Positions 1-14,299 are shown, counted from the first letter of the stretch. The stretch: DNA of 64,000 bases from Marsupella aquatica (GCA_973895155.1 OZ316892.1:820917-884916); one strand, 5' to 3'. Notes: generated by a model from the letters alone, not told the origin. Translations and numbers: made by a program.

Positions 1-1630
1 CGCCCCAAGCGTCTGCTGCCCATGGCGTCAACTCCATTGGCCTTGGGCCCAAGAGTAGCTCTCACTCAAGCCCTCATAACTCAAAGTCTGTCCGGACCCC
101 TTGAGTCCGGCCCTTTTCCCCCTGACCCGACAAGCTCTCATCTAGTCTAAGTCCCTAGTGTGTGTCACCAGCTTGGCGCCTTGCCTTTGCTAGTGCCACG
201 TCTCATTGCCCACAAGTCTCCCCCTGCTAAGTCATCTTCGGATTGCCTATCCGAGCTTGGACCATAAGGGAGCTTGGCGTCGGAGTCAGCGATGCAGGAG
301 CTAAGTATTAAGGTAGTCGAGTTCTGCGTCTATCACGCACTGGGTTAGGTTAACATTACATCCCAAACGGTGTTTGCTTGGATAGGAGAAACTTAGACTC
401 ATTGCTACGGAGCCAGCAAGGGAGTCAGTTGAAAGATAGGAAGATCTTGTATTGCGGAGACTCAAGTGGTATGACTGATGGGCCTAGAGTTCAATAAAGC
501 AATCTCTTGTGTAACAACCATTACCGCAGATTGGGAGCAATGGTTGGCACAACACCAAGCCAACATTAAAATGATTGGCAATCTCAATCATAAGGTGGCG
601 CATGATCTGCAGGCCGAGGTGGATGACGTCTCCAATGAGGCGGAGGAGTCAACCAGAGATAATAGCACCCTACAGACTCAGGTTACGCTATTGTTGACCC
701 AAAGGGATGGGTCAGGAGATGCCTTTGACAAAGGCAGCTCTAGGGCCCAACCCGACAAGAAGATAAACCCAGGGCTGATAACATAGCAAAATCAGGGGTG
801 GTTGAGGGAAAGAGCAATGAGTCAGCAACAATGTACAACATGATGACAGGGGGCGTCTTTGGGCTAATGTTAGTGACAAAACAATTGCCATTAGGCGTCA
901 ATTAGCGGCACAATAGATAGGATTAGGAAGAGACTCAGTTAGGACCATTGACGTGGGGTAGGATGCTAATCAATGTAGTGCAAGAGGTAGACAGTTAGGT
1001 TCTAGGGATTAGGGTTGCAGGTCAAGTACGCAAGAATATTGACAGTCAATTGCAATAATTATGAGGACAACAACCAGTTAGGTACTTAGGCAAGGATTAC
1101 TTGTTGGAGGTAGTTGGCTCTTTTGTCACTTTGGCAAGTAGTATTCAAGGACTCCCCTGCCCGTGTGGAGGGGGACTTTCTGATTTCTAGATAAGTGGGC
1201 TAAGGCAACGTGATGCACGGGGAGTCCCGGCCTGAGTAGGATTAGAGATCACTTAGGAGTGAGAGCCAGAGTTGAGCTTGCCAGGTGAGAGCTTGACTCT
1301 GGCTCTCGAGTAATTTGTGGGGCTATAATCAAAGGGGAAGGCTAAGTTGATCTTTGTGAGTAATTTGTGTATTGATTATAATTTGCCTCTAACAAAGATG
1401 CCATTTAAGGGATGCACTGGGTGTAGAGTAATGGTTTCGATTGTAAGAAAGTGTATGTTGAATATGTTACGATTTCATATTGTTGGCAATGGCTTGAAAG
1501 CACGCAAGCCAGGAGTTAGTAGGATCACTAATTGTGGATATGCGGTGGATTCAAAATAAACTTGTGATATATACATATGTATAGGGCAGTGTCTTGGAAG
1601 TAGGTTTGTATGTGTAAATCCCCCACTACA
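1..1630. mobile_element. Probable decayed LTR-retrotransposon remnant with a broken coiled-coil ORF
   Basis: Coiled-coil-like ORF at 478-786 flanked by in-frame stops. The segment ends in CCCCCACTACA (1620-1630), an LTR-terminus-like motif, where composition switches to AT-rich. No diagnostic domain seen. Confidence 0.3.
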
Positions 1631-2348
1631 TCCCTCCTTGTTATTGATGATAAGATAACATTTTATAAAAAATGTTCTTTACCTTGTAACTTGTTAAGCT
1701 TTTTCCAAACAAATAAAATGAATGATCTTTACCTTGTCATTGTTATGTTACTTCAAGAACATAAATAAATATGTTATACTCTTTGGCTTTTTAGGGTTTA
1801 GGTTTTGGATGCAAGAATTAGAATACCATAATTAAAACAAAATCATGTACAATTTAGGGTAGAGAAATGAATTAATCTACCCAAATTTTGACTTCCTTAG
1901 CCCAATTTCAACTCACAACTTTCCAACCATAAGTCTTTGATAACCTACAATTAATTTTTATAGTTAATTTTTGGTTACACGCATGAATGGTCTTAGTGTA
2001 CACATATGTGAAATTGAAATCTACAATTTATTATGTAACCCTGAGCATTATCATTGCAATGACAATAATTCTTCTGAATCCCATGGGGAAACTTTTATAT
2101 TTTATCTCATTCATATCCTTATATGAAATGGTGTTGCAGAGTTCTTTTGGCTCTTCATATGTTCACAGAATCAAGGTGTAGGGGGAACAATTGTAGCAAT
2201 GGATCAGATCTAGACTGTGTGGGCTCACCAAACTAAAGGTACGGCTGGTGTCCATCCTATACACACTGACACTTCCAATTCATTCGGATTATAGCAAATG
2301 TTTTTCCAGTATGTCAACTAAATTACAACGTCTTCTTGGTTTGTAGGC

Positions 2349-3168
2349 ATGGCACGTAACAAACAAAAGGCCAAGAAACCTAAGATGAAGGTGAGCAACA
2401 CGCAGGTGTCTTGGACAGATTGTGAGAAGTTCTCCAGGAGTCAGGTTTATCAGAAGACAGCTCATTATTGTGCCATTTGTGATGATGGTGGGTGCTTGGC
2501 TATCTGTGATGGCCCATGCATGAGGCATTAACCCCAAGTCTCACCTTGCTACAGAGAATAATTGTCCAGGGGTGGGCCTCCCCTCTGCACACCAGGGAGC
2601 CTGGATGTGCATTGGTTGTGTAGAGAAGCAAGCTAAGTGTGCACAGTGCGGGAAGTTGGGATCTTATAAGAGCTCTATTGATTTCAGACCAGTTGTTAGG
2701 AAATGCCCTAACAAATTTTGTGTGAGGTTTTATCGTTTGTCATGTTTGCCTACTCATGCTAAACTTTGCCCACTTCATACATGCAAGGCATGTGGTGAAC
2801 ATGATGATGAGTATTGGACAAACATAGTTCATTGTGTTAGGTGTCCCACAATGTAGCATTATCATTGCTTGAAGGAGCTTCAGACAGAAGGCTATGCTTG
2901 TGACAGAAATCTATGATCACTCTACACATGGTGTTGATTGATGGATCTTTTATTCTCATCGTCATCCGATCGATCCTACTTTGCGCATTCCTATCAGAGA
3001 TCACATATCTTGGCTTTCATGTTGAACAAAGTGGGTCAATGGCATAGTGCCCCTGATGTGGATGTATTGTTTGGAGATTGCAGAGAGTTCATTTTTGATC
3101 AGAAAAACCATCAAGACATTAAACAGAAGTTATCTTGTGCTTACATGTGGTTGGATACATGCCTCTAA
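2349..3168 (+). pseudogene. EDM2/NSD-like tandem PHD-finger pseudogene with introns
   Basis: CAICDDGGCLAICDGPCMRH, then WMCIGC..KCAQCGKLG..KCPNKFCVRFY..SC..CPLHTCKAC..HCVRCPTM*HYHC: the Cys/His pattern of EDM2/NSD-type PHD arrays. Broken by stops and frameshifts. Upstream GT..AG intron at about 2239-2346. Confidence 0.7.
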
Positions 3169-6100
3169 AAACTTTCCTTAAGCTTTCCAGGATCTCTTCA
3201 GACTCAGCAATCATTTGAAAATTGATAAAATCTATCATAAACTTATTATTATGTGTCTATGAAGTATATGGTTTTTTCAATGGATGACAAATTCATAAAT
3301 TTTTTGTATAAATTTTTGATTTTGATTGAATGGACAATGTTTCATTTATAACATACTTTATATGTGAATCCTAAAGCAATCTTCAAAACATTGTCTCCTT
3401 TTTGTATTCTATGCAGTGTCATTCATGTCAACATTTTACCCAAGGAAAGAAGTGTAGACTGCTTGGGATAAATCAATATCTACATTTGGAAATGTGAGTA
3501 TTTTAATATCAAATTTACCCATTTTTTGTACTTAAATCTTGAATTATTCATAAATGTAATAACAAAAGTTATAACTTACGACATTTTGGTACTCAGATCT
3601 GAAATGGTTCGTGTACTATTTGACCGGAATTATAATTTTTTATTGAATAAAAAATTTATTCTTATATGGCAGATGGGAAAATGAAAGCGTAATATTTTGA
3701 GAAAAAAAAGAATTGGGGGAATATTTTTGTGGATATATTTGCTTCAGTGTGGGAAGACCTCAAAAACTTAGATACCATAAAATTAAAATTTGCACTTTAT
3801 TGGTTTCTTTGTCACGAAAACATTTTTGAACTTTTTGTTAAAAAAGTTCTTAAACTAGAATCCTCAAGATTTTCTTGAATGGGTATCAAAATTATAAAAG
3901 TCATATCATTCAAATCTTTCCTCCCGAGATGTTCATTAAAATTGATGACATCTTTCTTATCATAGTTTCAGATTAAAATTGTCTCAACCTTTGAAAAAAT
4001 CAATTGTCATATTTTCTAATCTTAACATTAGAAAGCTTAAAATGTTTCAAAAAGAATGAGATGATATTTGTAGAATTGGAGTAACTTATGTCAAGGTTGA
4101 AGTAGATGTTCAACGTATATCCTCTTCAAAACTAAAAACATTTACGGGTGTGATTTTAGGTGATTGGGATCAAACTACAACAACATTTACCTCTGATCCA
4201 AACTTTGTTTTCTTAAAATTTTCATCAGACCCAGTTATCATAGAAGAAAAAAAAGATAATTTACCTATCTTTTTGATAGGTCTGGAGTCAAATCATATTT
4301 GATAGCGATGATATTTCATCAAGATATCTTATCACCTGATTCAATGATCTTCATTCAAAGATTATTAAAACAATTACATGCTACTCATCATGCTATCCAA
4401 AGAGGGAAAGAAAAAAGACCATGGGAAAGTAAGATGACAGGATTTGATCATTTTCATAATTCTTACAAAAAAATCAAAGTTACATATCTTTTTATACTCA
4501 TGACATTCTTCAATCAAGATTATCTCGATGCAGCCAATTTTAAAGATCTGGTGGATAAATATTCTCATCGAGAGTTAATCCATATTATACTTGGACTTTA
4601 CATGTGATTATATCCACAACTGTTACAGAGTTTTTTAGATTATTCTCATCTTTATTTAAGTTAAAACGATTATAAAATGAACATATTTGATAAAGCACTA
4701 AAATATAAAAGTCCCAGTGCTTATCAATTGTATATTAGTAAAGATTATTGTATAAGAACTCACTCTGATCATGATACAACAAATTTTATTTTATGTTATG
4801 TTAGTCATTCTGATGTCAAATTTCTCCTAAAAACTTTATTATTCCATAGTATATAATATTATTATCTATTAGAGATGATAATTTATTTTCATTTCGTAAT
4901 GATATTGTCCATGACATATATCGAATTCCAATATCATATTCTGTATACGTAAGAATTATTACTGTAAACAAAAAATTAGATGAACTTTTATAGAGATAAT
5001 ATTAATATATATATATATATAATTTGTATTTATAATTATTTTTTATTATCCTTCAACCTTTAAATATTATATTTTCTAAATTAAATATTTATTATATATA
5101 TTAAATTTAATGTAACAAGATGATAAAATATTAAATAATAATTTAATTTCTTAATAATTTAATTTAATTTATATTAAGAGTTAATAACATCCAAAGAACT
5201 AAATTAACATAATTTAAAAAAAATTAGGATTTAGGGAATAATAACTCTCCTCACAATATTCAATGAAAAAATAAATTAAGATTCAAAGTTTGATGAGAGT
5301 CCTCTCCTTTTTATCCTTAGGAGCGAAACTAAAAAAGATAAATTTTAATAAACACACATTTTCAAATACAACTTTAAATTAACTAGGTAAATTTAAACTA
5401 CAAAATATAAACTTGTGGTATGCCATATATGTAAGAATCCTTAAAAATGCTGAAATGATAAATTTTCAAAACTTTCTGAAACTTTTTGATTGTATTTAAA
5501 GTTATTTGGTGACTTACAACAGGATATCATTAAAGTTCCTATTTATTTGAAAATCTTCAAAAACTTCAATTCAACTTGAAATTTGTAAGCATGTTTTTTG
5601 GAATATAATCTATTTGCTGGCACAGTTCAAGACTTTTTGAAGTTAGTTTAATTGGTTTTTATCAGTACTATGTTAGACGATTGTTATATTGATATTTAAT
5701 TACATCAAGTTTTAATTAGGTCTACTTTGTTTTACATATTAGTTTTCTTTGGAGGATGAAAATGTATCTTTAATATTTATTTTAGTTAATTTTTGGTTTT
5801 TAATGAGTGAAAAATTACACATTTTTATTTCATTTTGACCATTTTTGCTTGAGGCATTATATAAGGAAAAGTGATACACTAGTTAGGTAAATTAATTCTT
5901 GCATATTTTAGCCGAAGAGATTGTCCCTTTGACACTGATTATGGAGAAATTTAAGACATATTTTGAATGTCGCTCCTTAGGTGAAAAAGACTATTTTCTT
6001 TTTATATTAGATTTCATGAGGAATTTGGATATGGAAGTAAAACTACATAAATACATGTGATTTGTATTTTGGATCATAGATAGCATTGGCTTAAGATCCA

Positions 6101-6304
6101 ATATATGAAATTCTTTCTTTATGAAACTCTAGAGTTGTCCAAAATATCTTTGACCATGTATGATTGGTAAGAATTTGTGGAAGTCTAGATGAGAATTCAT
6201 TTCAAGCTTTCTAGGGTAAAAGACCATGCTCATAAGTTCTAGATGGAAAAAAACTTCATTCTATCGAGTCATGAGAGGTAAGAGCAGCTTAAAGTCTGGG
6301 TTCT

Positions 6305-7921
6305 TTAATTTGAGGAATATAGGATCATAAAAAATATATAAGAATAGAAATCATGGCATCTTATGCTAGGAGTGGAAAAACCAGGAGGGTTAAGAGGAGA
6401 TGATGGTCCAACAGAGAAGGCTTCTTCATGGGAAGGAGATGAAAAGGACCTAGTAGTGAAAGTAGGAATCTCAATCTCAAGTAAAAAGTTTTCCTCAAGC
6501 ATGTCACACATCTTCCTTAAGTTCTTACATATCCTTGAAAGGCCTATAAATACATCATCCATTTTGGCACTCTCATCCACTATTAGGTGATTTCTCTTGG
6601 AGAGTAGAATGAGAGTGGTATTCTTGACCAAGTATTCATCATGTTGTACCCTAGATATATCATTCATTTCATTTCATGATAGGGAGTTTTAGAATCAATT
6701 TTCTAGAAGCAATTCCAAGGCTAGTTAAGGATAGGCACAATACAAATTCTAATCTTTGTTCAGACTAAGTAAATATTAAGGGAAGCCCTCTACCTCTAAC
6801 CAATGAGATCCTAAACTAACTCCACTCAAAACATCTCTAGGTATGTAAATACACAAACACCTATCAGGGAGATTCAATTCTCAGTTTCACAAACAAGTAG
6901 GTATAGAAGTAGGCCCTATGAAGATAGATGAAATCAATAGAATTGAGAAACTAGTGGGGAGCAAGAAAACTACTCATACACAAATGGTCACTCCCAAGTT
7001 GGAATTCCAAATTTTAGAATAGAAAGAAAAGTGTCATTCCATGGTAATAATGATAGAAATCAAATTGAGATGAATAATAAGAAAATAAATAACTAATGTA
7101 GAGAAAAACTAAAATTAGGGGTGAAATAAATACTATGGGCATCATCATACCTAACAGTTTTGTTCATTAGAATCCCCTGAGAACTCCACATGTAAAGATT
7201 TTGACTTTGATTTCCAATTCGATGGCTTTATCAACCTCAATTGGATGTCAACCATCACTCTGCTCTCCAAACATTGTGGTCCAGTCGTTCATGTTAATCT
7301 TTTTTAGGATCTCAACTCATTGTTTGTTTATTGGGTCTTTCAAAGCCCCATCCAATAACTTGGTGGCTTTCTTTGCTTCATCTCTCAACTCTTGCACTCG
7401 AAGTTCCCAAATATCATGTAAGCATGTCATGGTATCCGAACATCCTTAGAATTATATTGCACCAACTCTCGCTGGGCTATTTCACCCAGCCACTTCTTTC
7501 TCTCCTTCTCTCTCTGCTTGGCATTTAATTCCAATGTTCGGATATGTACTCCACCATCTCGAGGTTTTGCTGCTTCAACTTTTGTAACGCTTCAAAAGTC
7601 TGTGAGTTGTTGGGTAGTTTCTTTAAGCGACTTCTCTATCACTGTTATCATCTGAGAGGTATGACCTGCACATTGAGAGTGAGTATGATGAACATTAGCA
7701 AATTTATCTTCTAATTGCAGCCGCTTCTCCTTTTCTTCTTCATATTGGCCTAAAGCCTCCTTGCTCGCTTCTTGGGCCTCTTTCAATTGTGCATTCAACT
7801 CTCTGCCCTCTTCTTCAAAGGTTGTTACATGTGCAAATGATATGCATATACACACCAGTATAGTGGATATAAAAGAAGTCCTACACATCTTAAAGAAAAT
7901 AAGCTCAGACACTGATTTCAA
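6305..7921 (-). pseudogene. Decayed coiled-coil ORF fragments, probably a retroelement accessory ORF
   Basis: Minus-strand E/K/Q-rich heptad-like fragments (7592-7921, 6305-6667). No recognisable domain. Confidence 0.25.
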
Positions 7922-7989
7922 AGAGACATTACAAGTTCATCCTCCATGAATCTATATAATAAAAATCTAGGCTTTCCACACAGAAACTA

Positions 7990-10325
7990 GTTCACAGTTC
8001 AAACTAACTACCCTATGGCAGAATAGACTTGAACACCCAGGTAACAATATGTACCATAAAATTATAAAAGACACAATAGGGATACCTCCAAATGTACACC
8101 CTTCTACAAACCAACCTCCATGTCTCGCATGCTCACAGGACAAGTTTGTAACCTGACCAACAATCCCCAAGACCATCTACAAAAGATTAAATGCAGATGT
8201 ATGTGGACCCATTGATCCATCATGTGGACCATTTAGGTTTTTTCTAGCCAGTATAGATTCATCTAATAAATGGTCATAAATATCTCTTCTCTCAACTAGA
8301 AACCTAGCGTTCCCAAGGATATTGGCGAACATTATTAAACTCAGATCCCAATTTCCTAAACACCCGATAAAAACACTATAAGTAGATGGGGCAGAGAAAT
8401 TTACCTCAAAAACTTTTGATGATTTTTGCTCAACCATCGGTATTGACATACAATACTGTATCTCATACGTCCATGCATTCAGACTAAATTGCGGGATCAT
8501 TATTAATACATATAAAACTATCAACATTAGCATGAGGATATATTATACTCATGCGACATCACTTATCCAATACCTGGACCATCAGCATATATTTCATATA
8601 ACCCACACCATCTAGTCTACGGACGCCCACCAAATAAATTGCTCACCTCAAAATGTTTGGATGCCAAGTAATGATACCCAAATGCACCAAGATGGGTCCA
8701 ATCACCAATTAGGTATACATTGGATATGATTCACCCTCCATCATCATATATATAGAACTAAGTACAGGTAATACATTTAAAGCTAAGTTCTAGAACTGTC
8801 ACTTTTATGAATACACTTACCCACAGCTAAGGCATGCCAAGGATCAACAAGATAAATTGAAGCAACAAGACCTAATCTGGCATACAAATAACATATTTCT
8901 AATAGATCCGAGGACCAAACAGACGGATGATGAAGTCCAAAGAATACTTTACCAAGCAATAGGATCTATTGGAAAAACTACCAAATTTATTTAATGATGC
9001 GGCAACTACTACCCGATCGCACAATGAAGCTGCAAACATACTAGCTAGAATTTCATTTACAAATAATATTGCCTCAATTCCACCACTGAGAGCTAAGCGT
9101 GCATGCCCAATTGGTTCGAAAGATACATAGCCTAGACAGCGAAGAACAAACACACCTATAATACCTGAAACCCATACATTATCATCCCCTGCAGAACATA
9201 CAATAACAAATACTGAAAATGAGAAAATGACAATCCAATATATGCATAATGGATAGATCCAATCACGCAACAGAATCAAAATGGATGAACACTTTGCATT
9301 CACTATATACCAAGAAATTACAAATGAGATACCAAAACCATTAACAGTCCTGAAAGCACAATATCTGAGACTTGATTTGATTAAATGGTAGATAACTATC
9401 AATTCATAGTTAGATTCTCTTATCAAGAGAATTTTTTTTTGATCAATTATAAAAGTCCACCATATACACAATTCACAAGGTACAAATTTATATTTGTTAG
9501 GAGAGGAAATGCTTAGGGGGAGGTAGTCCGATATAAAGCCAGGCTGATGGCTAAAGGCTCCACACAAATTCTGGGATACGACTACGACCTAATGTATTCC
9601 CCAATAATGGATACTGTCATTTATAAATTCTTAATTGGATTTTCTATGACAAACAAACAAACTATGTGTTTGATGGATGTGGTGGCAGCCTATCTGTATG
9701 GTACTCTTGATACTGAAATCTATATGAAAGCACCCCCAGAATTGATGAAAAGAATAGCAATTTCACATTCAGGGGGAAAGAAAAAGCATTACAGACCCAG
9801 ATCACTCCGACTAAGAATCAAAAAGGGCTTCATCACCATAGCGAACCTACTATCCAACAAAACCTAAGTGTGCTACACACACCACAGGGCTACAAACGGT
9901 ATGACACTGAAAAAGAAATCAAAAATGATCCACAAAGAATCACTCCTATAGAGGATTCATATGGGCATGAAAAAGGACTAAGTCCCTCAACCAAATCTCA
10001 AAAACATGTGTTACACACACATCAAGCTCATATATTTCTTGATAAAGAGCAAACACTGTCTACTAAGCCACAAAGAAAGACACTGCCTATGCAGTACAAG
10101 TTTTAAGATCTATAAATGGCCTAAAACAGAGTTGACGTATTTGATATAAGCGTTTCAAAAATGAGATACTATCTTTGAATTTTACCAATGACAAAATCGC
10201 CCCATATTTGTTCTTGAAAAATAAAGGCAAGGAATATGTTATTATTGTATTATTGTATTATATATAGACAATATCAATATATAGACGATAGATAAGCTAA
10301 AAGAAGTCTTTGAAATGGATGATCT
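7990..10325 (+). mobile_element. Degenerate Ty1/Copia (Bianca-like) integrase-RT fragment
   Basis: Integrase ADVCGPIDPSCGPFRFF..IDSS and RT AKGSTQILGYDYDLMYSP..MDVVAAYLYGTLDTEIYMKAP..RSINGLKQS. Colinear with the Copia at 31.7-36.6 kb. Many stops; no LTRs recognised. Confidence 0.85.
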
Positions 10326-10959
10326 TGTATAATAGGGTATAGGAAAAGATAAATTATTTTCCTCTTAAACAACCAAAGTTTGTTCTTGTTAAGAGCTTGT
10401 GAGATCTAAAAGATTGTTTTAACATATTTTGAGATAATTTTAAAAGCTAATCTATCTCAAATTTCAAGTCTTTATCGACATGCTTAGGTTTGGTCCAAGA
10501 AGGAATTTTTAATATATCCTCAGGTTATGTGACGTTTGTATCGTCAACAATGCAATAATAAATTCTAAAAATATAACAAAATAACCAAAAGCCAGAGGCG
10601 TAAAGATAGGATTAGGCGAGTCTTAATTGTCTTTCTTCTCTCACCACTTAGCAATTTATGACTAAGTTAGGCATGATTAAGAGTCAACAGAGTCTGACTA
10701 ATTTAGGCTGATGCTTAAAACTAATCTCTAAAGCGAACCATCTAAAAATTTATAAAAGATACATGAAAGTAAGTCCGTATTAATTTTAAGGCCAAGTCAT
10801 AACAAGGCGATACTCATCACTCCGAACAAACTTCTTGTTTTAATCAACTCTCTAGATTGTTCTTCTGGATCTATGATAATTGTGAGTTCTCGTTTGACAC
10901 ATCTTCCAAAAATACTTGATAAGTATTCCAAACACTCAAGTCAATTAAGATCTTTGCCT

Positions 10960-13900
10960 GAACTCAAGCATGCGTTTCCAATCAATTTGAATATCGACAT
11001 GGCATTGCTGGTCACATCTAGCAAGTATGATCACGGACTAAATTCTAAACACAAGTCATAGATTATCAAAGATAATGCTTGTGCAAAGGTAGATCTAGCG
11101 TTACAGTTTCTCAATAATAAGTTCTATCGGAGAGTCCAATCTTGGATATTTGTTGGTTTGTCTATTCAGGAAGCCAGGAATTTAGCTTGGTGTCATAACA
11201 TAGATTCAAAATTTTACCAACAAATGACCACAATCCAGAGGGTGAATTATATTCATATGCGATTTGTTGAAAATGGATCATCTTCAAATCAAGATTTCAA
11301 GAAGGAATGTGCCACAAAAATCAATATATAAGATTGGGGTGTGCTCAAAGACACTGGGGTTTTAAATGCTAATGACAATCTATTTCAATTAGCATTTCAC
11401 TAGGATCCTGTTTGGTCAGTTGTCAAATAGATTTGTGACAAGTGGGAGGTTTGTGAAATTAAGGGGCAGAAAGGAGACAAGGCTAAGAAGAAAGCTTCAA
11501 AGTCTGAAGATGCCAAAATGTCATTTGAGGATATGAAATTGACATAATGGAAACACATGCAAACCTTAAAAGACCCTGTCATGGTTTGCCCTATGTTACA
11601 AAGAGTTCTAACTAAATAACTTTCTCTATAAGAGATAGGGCAAGAATTCCAGTGGCACAAATTCCAAATGCAAGTCCAGAAAGTCTTTCTTACATGTCTC
11701 TACGAGGAGAGTCGGTCAACTTGCAAAATGATATACCCAGAACATTGCACAGATAATGTCCTCAAGAATTTTGTTCCTATTTTCCAAAATTGGGTGAGTT
11801 TACTGAATATTTGTACTCAAATTTTAAATGCTTTGTTCTAAGTTTAATTATTCTTAACCAAGTTTTTAACATAATTTTCTGGCATGTTTGCATAAAGACA
11901 CAACCTCCCAAAAAAGAATGGAGAGAATGATGAAGGCAAGGATCTGAAATCTTTTCCTAACAAATTCAATGCGTATATAGTTCAAACACAAAATTAGCTT
12001 GCAATGAAGATTTCCAGTAGGCAAACCCAAGATGGTGAATTACATCCAAATGCTTTTGAGCATCAAGAATTTGGTGATGTCTATTACGATATTTTCACTC
12101 ACGATGCTCAGCAATTACATTAGGTCGTTCCCTCCAGGGCTTATACATTATGTGGAATGACAAATAAGAGTTATGGGGTAAAAGTGATACAATTTAAAAC
12201 TTTTTGTCACTACTTGAAAATTTTGAAAGCATCTGATCACCCCTTAACCTATTTTGAGCCTCAAAAGAAAATTTTGGAAAGAAGTAAAGAAGTTGGGATT
12301 TCAGACTGAAGAATAGTTTCTTGCTAAATCTAAAATAAATCGTTTTTAGCTAAATCCGGAGAAAATTGCTTATAGTGGGATTTCGGTTTGAGGATTCTAC
12401 ACCAACTTTACCAAATGATTGTGGATCGGCCCCATGTTGGTTGGAGGAGCTTTTGGTCTTGTTGGAAAGTTTTTTGCAAGGGCTACATGAAGAATTTCTT
12501 AAATCATGAAAAGCAAAACTTCAAAATATCCTAAACCGATTCTCCGGGATATCTTGGCATGTGTTGCTTAAATTGTTTTGCATCTCTTTTTCACCTCTTG
12601 AGCCTTTCCATAAGTTAGATAGAGTAAGATATAAAGGGACATAGTTTAGTGTACCTTTAGGAATTAGATTTATAGAGTCTTAGTCTTATCTCACCTTTTA
12701 GGACCTTAAGTTTAGATGAGAACATATTTTTAGGCTTTTAAACCTTTTGGCATCTCAACCTTTTGACGGAGCCTTACAAGTGGACTCTTAAGACCATGAT
12801 TCATTATCTTTTTTTCAACATTGATATTTGACCAAGTGTGGGTCTTTTTCTCATGCCAAATTGGGCTAAGGAGAGAGAATCTAATGAAGAAGGTCATTTG
12901 TACCACTCACATCAATTGAATTTCAAATATTTCATGGATCAAACCTAAGTATTCAAGTTTTGATGTTTGAATTAGTTGTAGAAAATTGTATTGAATGGAT
13001 AACTAAGGTGTGCCTTTGAAATCTAGTTGAAATGAGAATTGTACCAACCTTCATGACGTAAAACCGATCACTACTAAGTGTATAAAGAAGTTAGCGGGAA
13101 GAGAAAACCTTTCAATCTATTGAGAATAAGCCAAACCTAAGGAAGTTCATTTCAACATTTGTGACATAATAATCATTTCAGGATTATATAAGGAGAAACA
13201 GCAAGGAAATCAGATTTCAAACACCACAAAACCTTAGTAAATCGCTTTGTTTAGTCTTTACGGGACCAAATCTTGGTTGTTTTGAGCAAGATCTTACACA
13301 TTTGGTGTTGCTCTACTTATCATACATTAGCATTGGCAGATATTCCTTTTGGGGTTGCCTTGGCTGGATGCAAGCTGCACAAAGATATTGTGGGATGGGG
13401 AGTTCAAGAGATCATTGTGATCACAAAGATCACAATGCGCCAACTGCAAAATTGTGGCGCATTATCACCCATCATAGTATTGACCAATATAATGTTGTCA
13501 AAACAGTTTTGAAGGCGGAGTATAATGGTGGTTTTCAGAATTGTGTTTGGTAAGATAAATGATAAATTGCTAAGTAGATTTTGTATTATATGTTCATGAT
13601 TTCATGAACCCTAGTTTGGAAAAGAAAAATCTAATGCATGCTCTTTGCTGGTTTTCAGGGTCAAGGATAATGTGAAGAATTCTGGAGCCTGAGACTCAAC
13701 AACAACTTTGAGTGTTTTACTATTGGTTTTCACAGTCAAGATGGCAAACGCTCATTGGAGCATTTTAATTTTGACACTAATGAGTCTAGGAATAATGTGG
13801 TTGTTTGCCCAGCAGTTACCAACAAGCTAAAACACAACAGTGATAACAAGGCAGTGAATGTTTACCAGAAGCCCCGGGTATTGCTGAATTAGGAAGTGAC

Positions 13901-14299
13901 TCATTTAGTCAAGTGGTTGATTGGGTGTTGAATATTTGCTCTGGATCTGGGAATGGAATGACATCCTCTTTGGCAACGAGAGCACATTGCATAGCTGTTG
14001 AGATTGATGAACGACAAAGTAGTGTGTTGAAGGGAAGGATTCTCAACCTTGTGGACAACATTGAAGAGGAAGACGATGAGGGACAGATTGATGTTGATCT
14101 GGAGAGAAAAGAGGACCTTGAGCACATTAGAGTAGAGAGTGTAGTAGAAGGTTTAACTCTTATGCCAAGATTGATGGATGGGGCTTCTGGAAGTGGAGAA
14201 GAGGTTGGAGAAGGGTTAGATAGTTTAGTTGCATCTAGAGATTTAGTGGAATTAAATGCAACACCTAGGATTTATAGTATCGTTTTACTTAACATTTGA
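10960..14299 (+). pseudogene. ParB-like domain fused to a beta-class N4C/N6A DNA amino-methyltransferase (N6_N4_Mtase-like); spliced, interrupted pseudogene
   Basis: ParB-like part about 11062-11793: IIKDN--ACAK (decayed GGNH), GLSIQEARNLAWCHN..MT. MTase part: DIFTHDAQQLH*VVPSRAYTL joined across the insertion to ALADIPFG (DPPY-like motif IV, 13339-13353); intron 13550-13658; W.K.N..FECF..NVYQKP (13866-13874)..DWVLNICSGSG (motif I, 13937-13951)..CIAVEIDERQ. Confidence 0.8.
12151..13324 (+). mobile_element. Solo-LTR-like insertion with 5-bp TSD (CATTA) splitting the methyltransferase
   Basis: CATTA at 12146-12150 and 13325-13329. Starts TGTGGAATGAC, the same 11-mer that begins the LTR at 23219; ends ..TCATA (decayed CA). 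Removing it restores the reading frame RAYTL-ALADIPF. Confidence 0.72.

Noticed and set aside
4020-4900. AT-rich decayed coding-like segment
   Set aside because: Too degraded; no motif I can support.
8899-9567. 222-aa hydrophobic minus-strand ORF
   Set aside because: Antisense of A-rich Copia pol; the hydrophobicity comes from T-rich codons.
10326-10960. Possible additional solo LTR after the Copia RT fragment
   Set aside because: Starts with TG and is LTR-like in composition, but I found no matching TSD or end.
13273-13324. Start of the 79-aa ORF as the MTase N-terminus
   Set aside because: These codons belong to the solo-LTR-like insertion. The true upstream frame ends at 12150.
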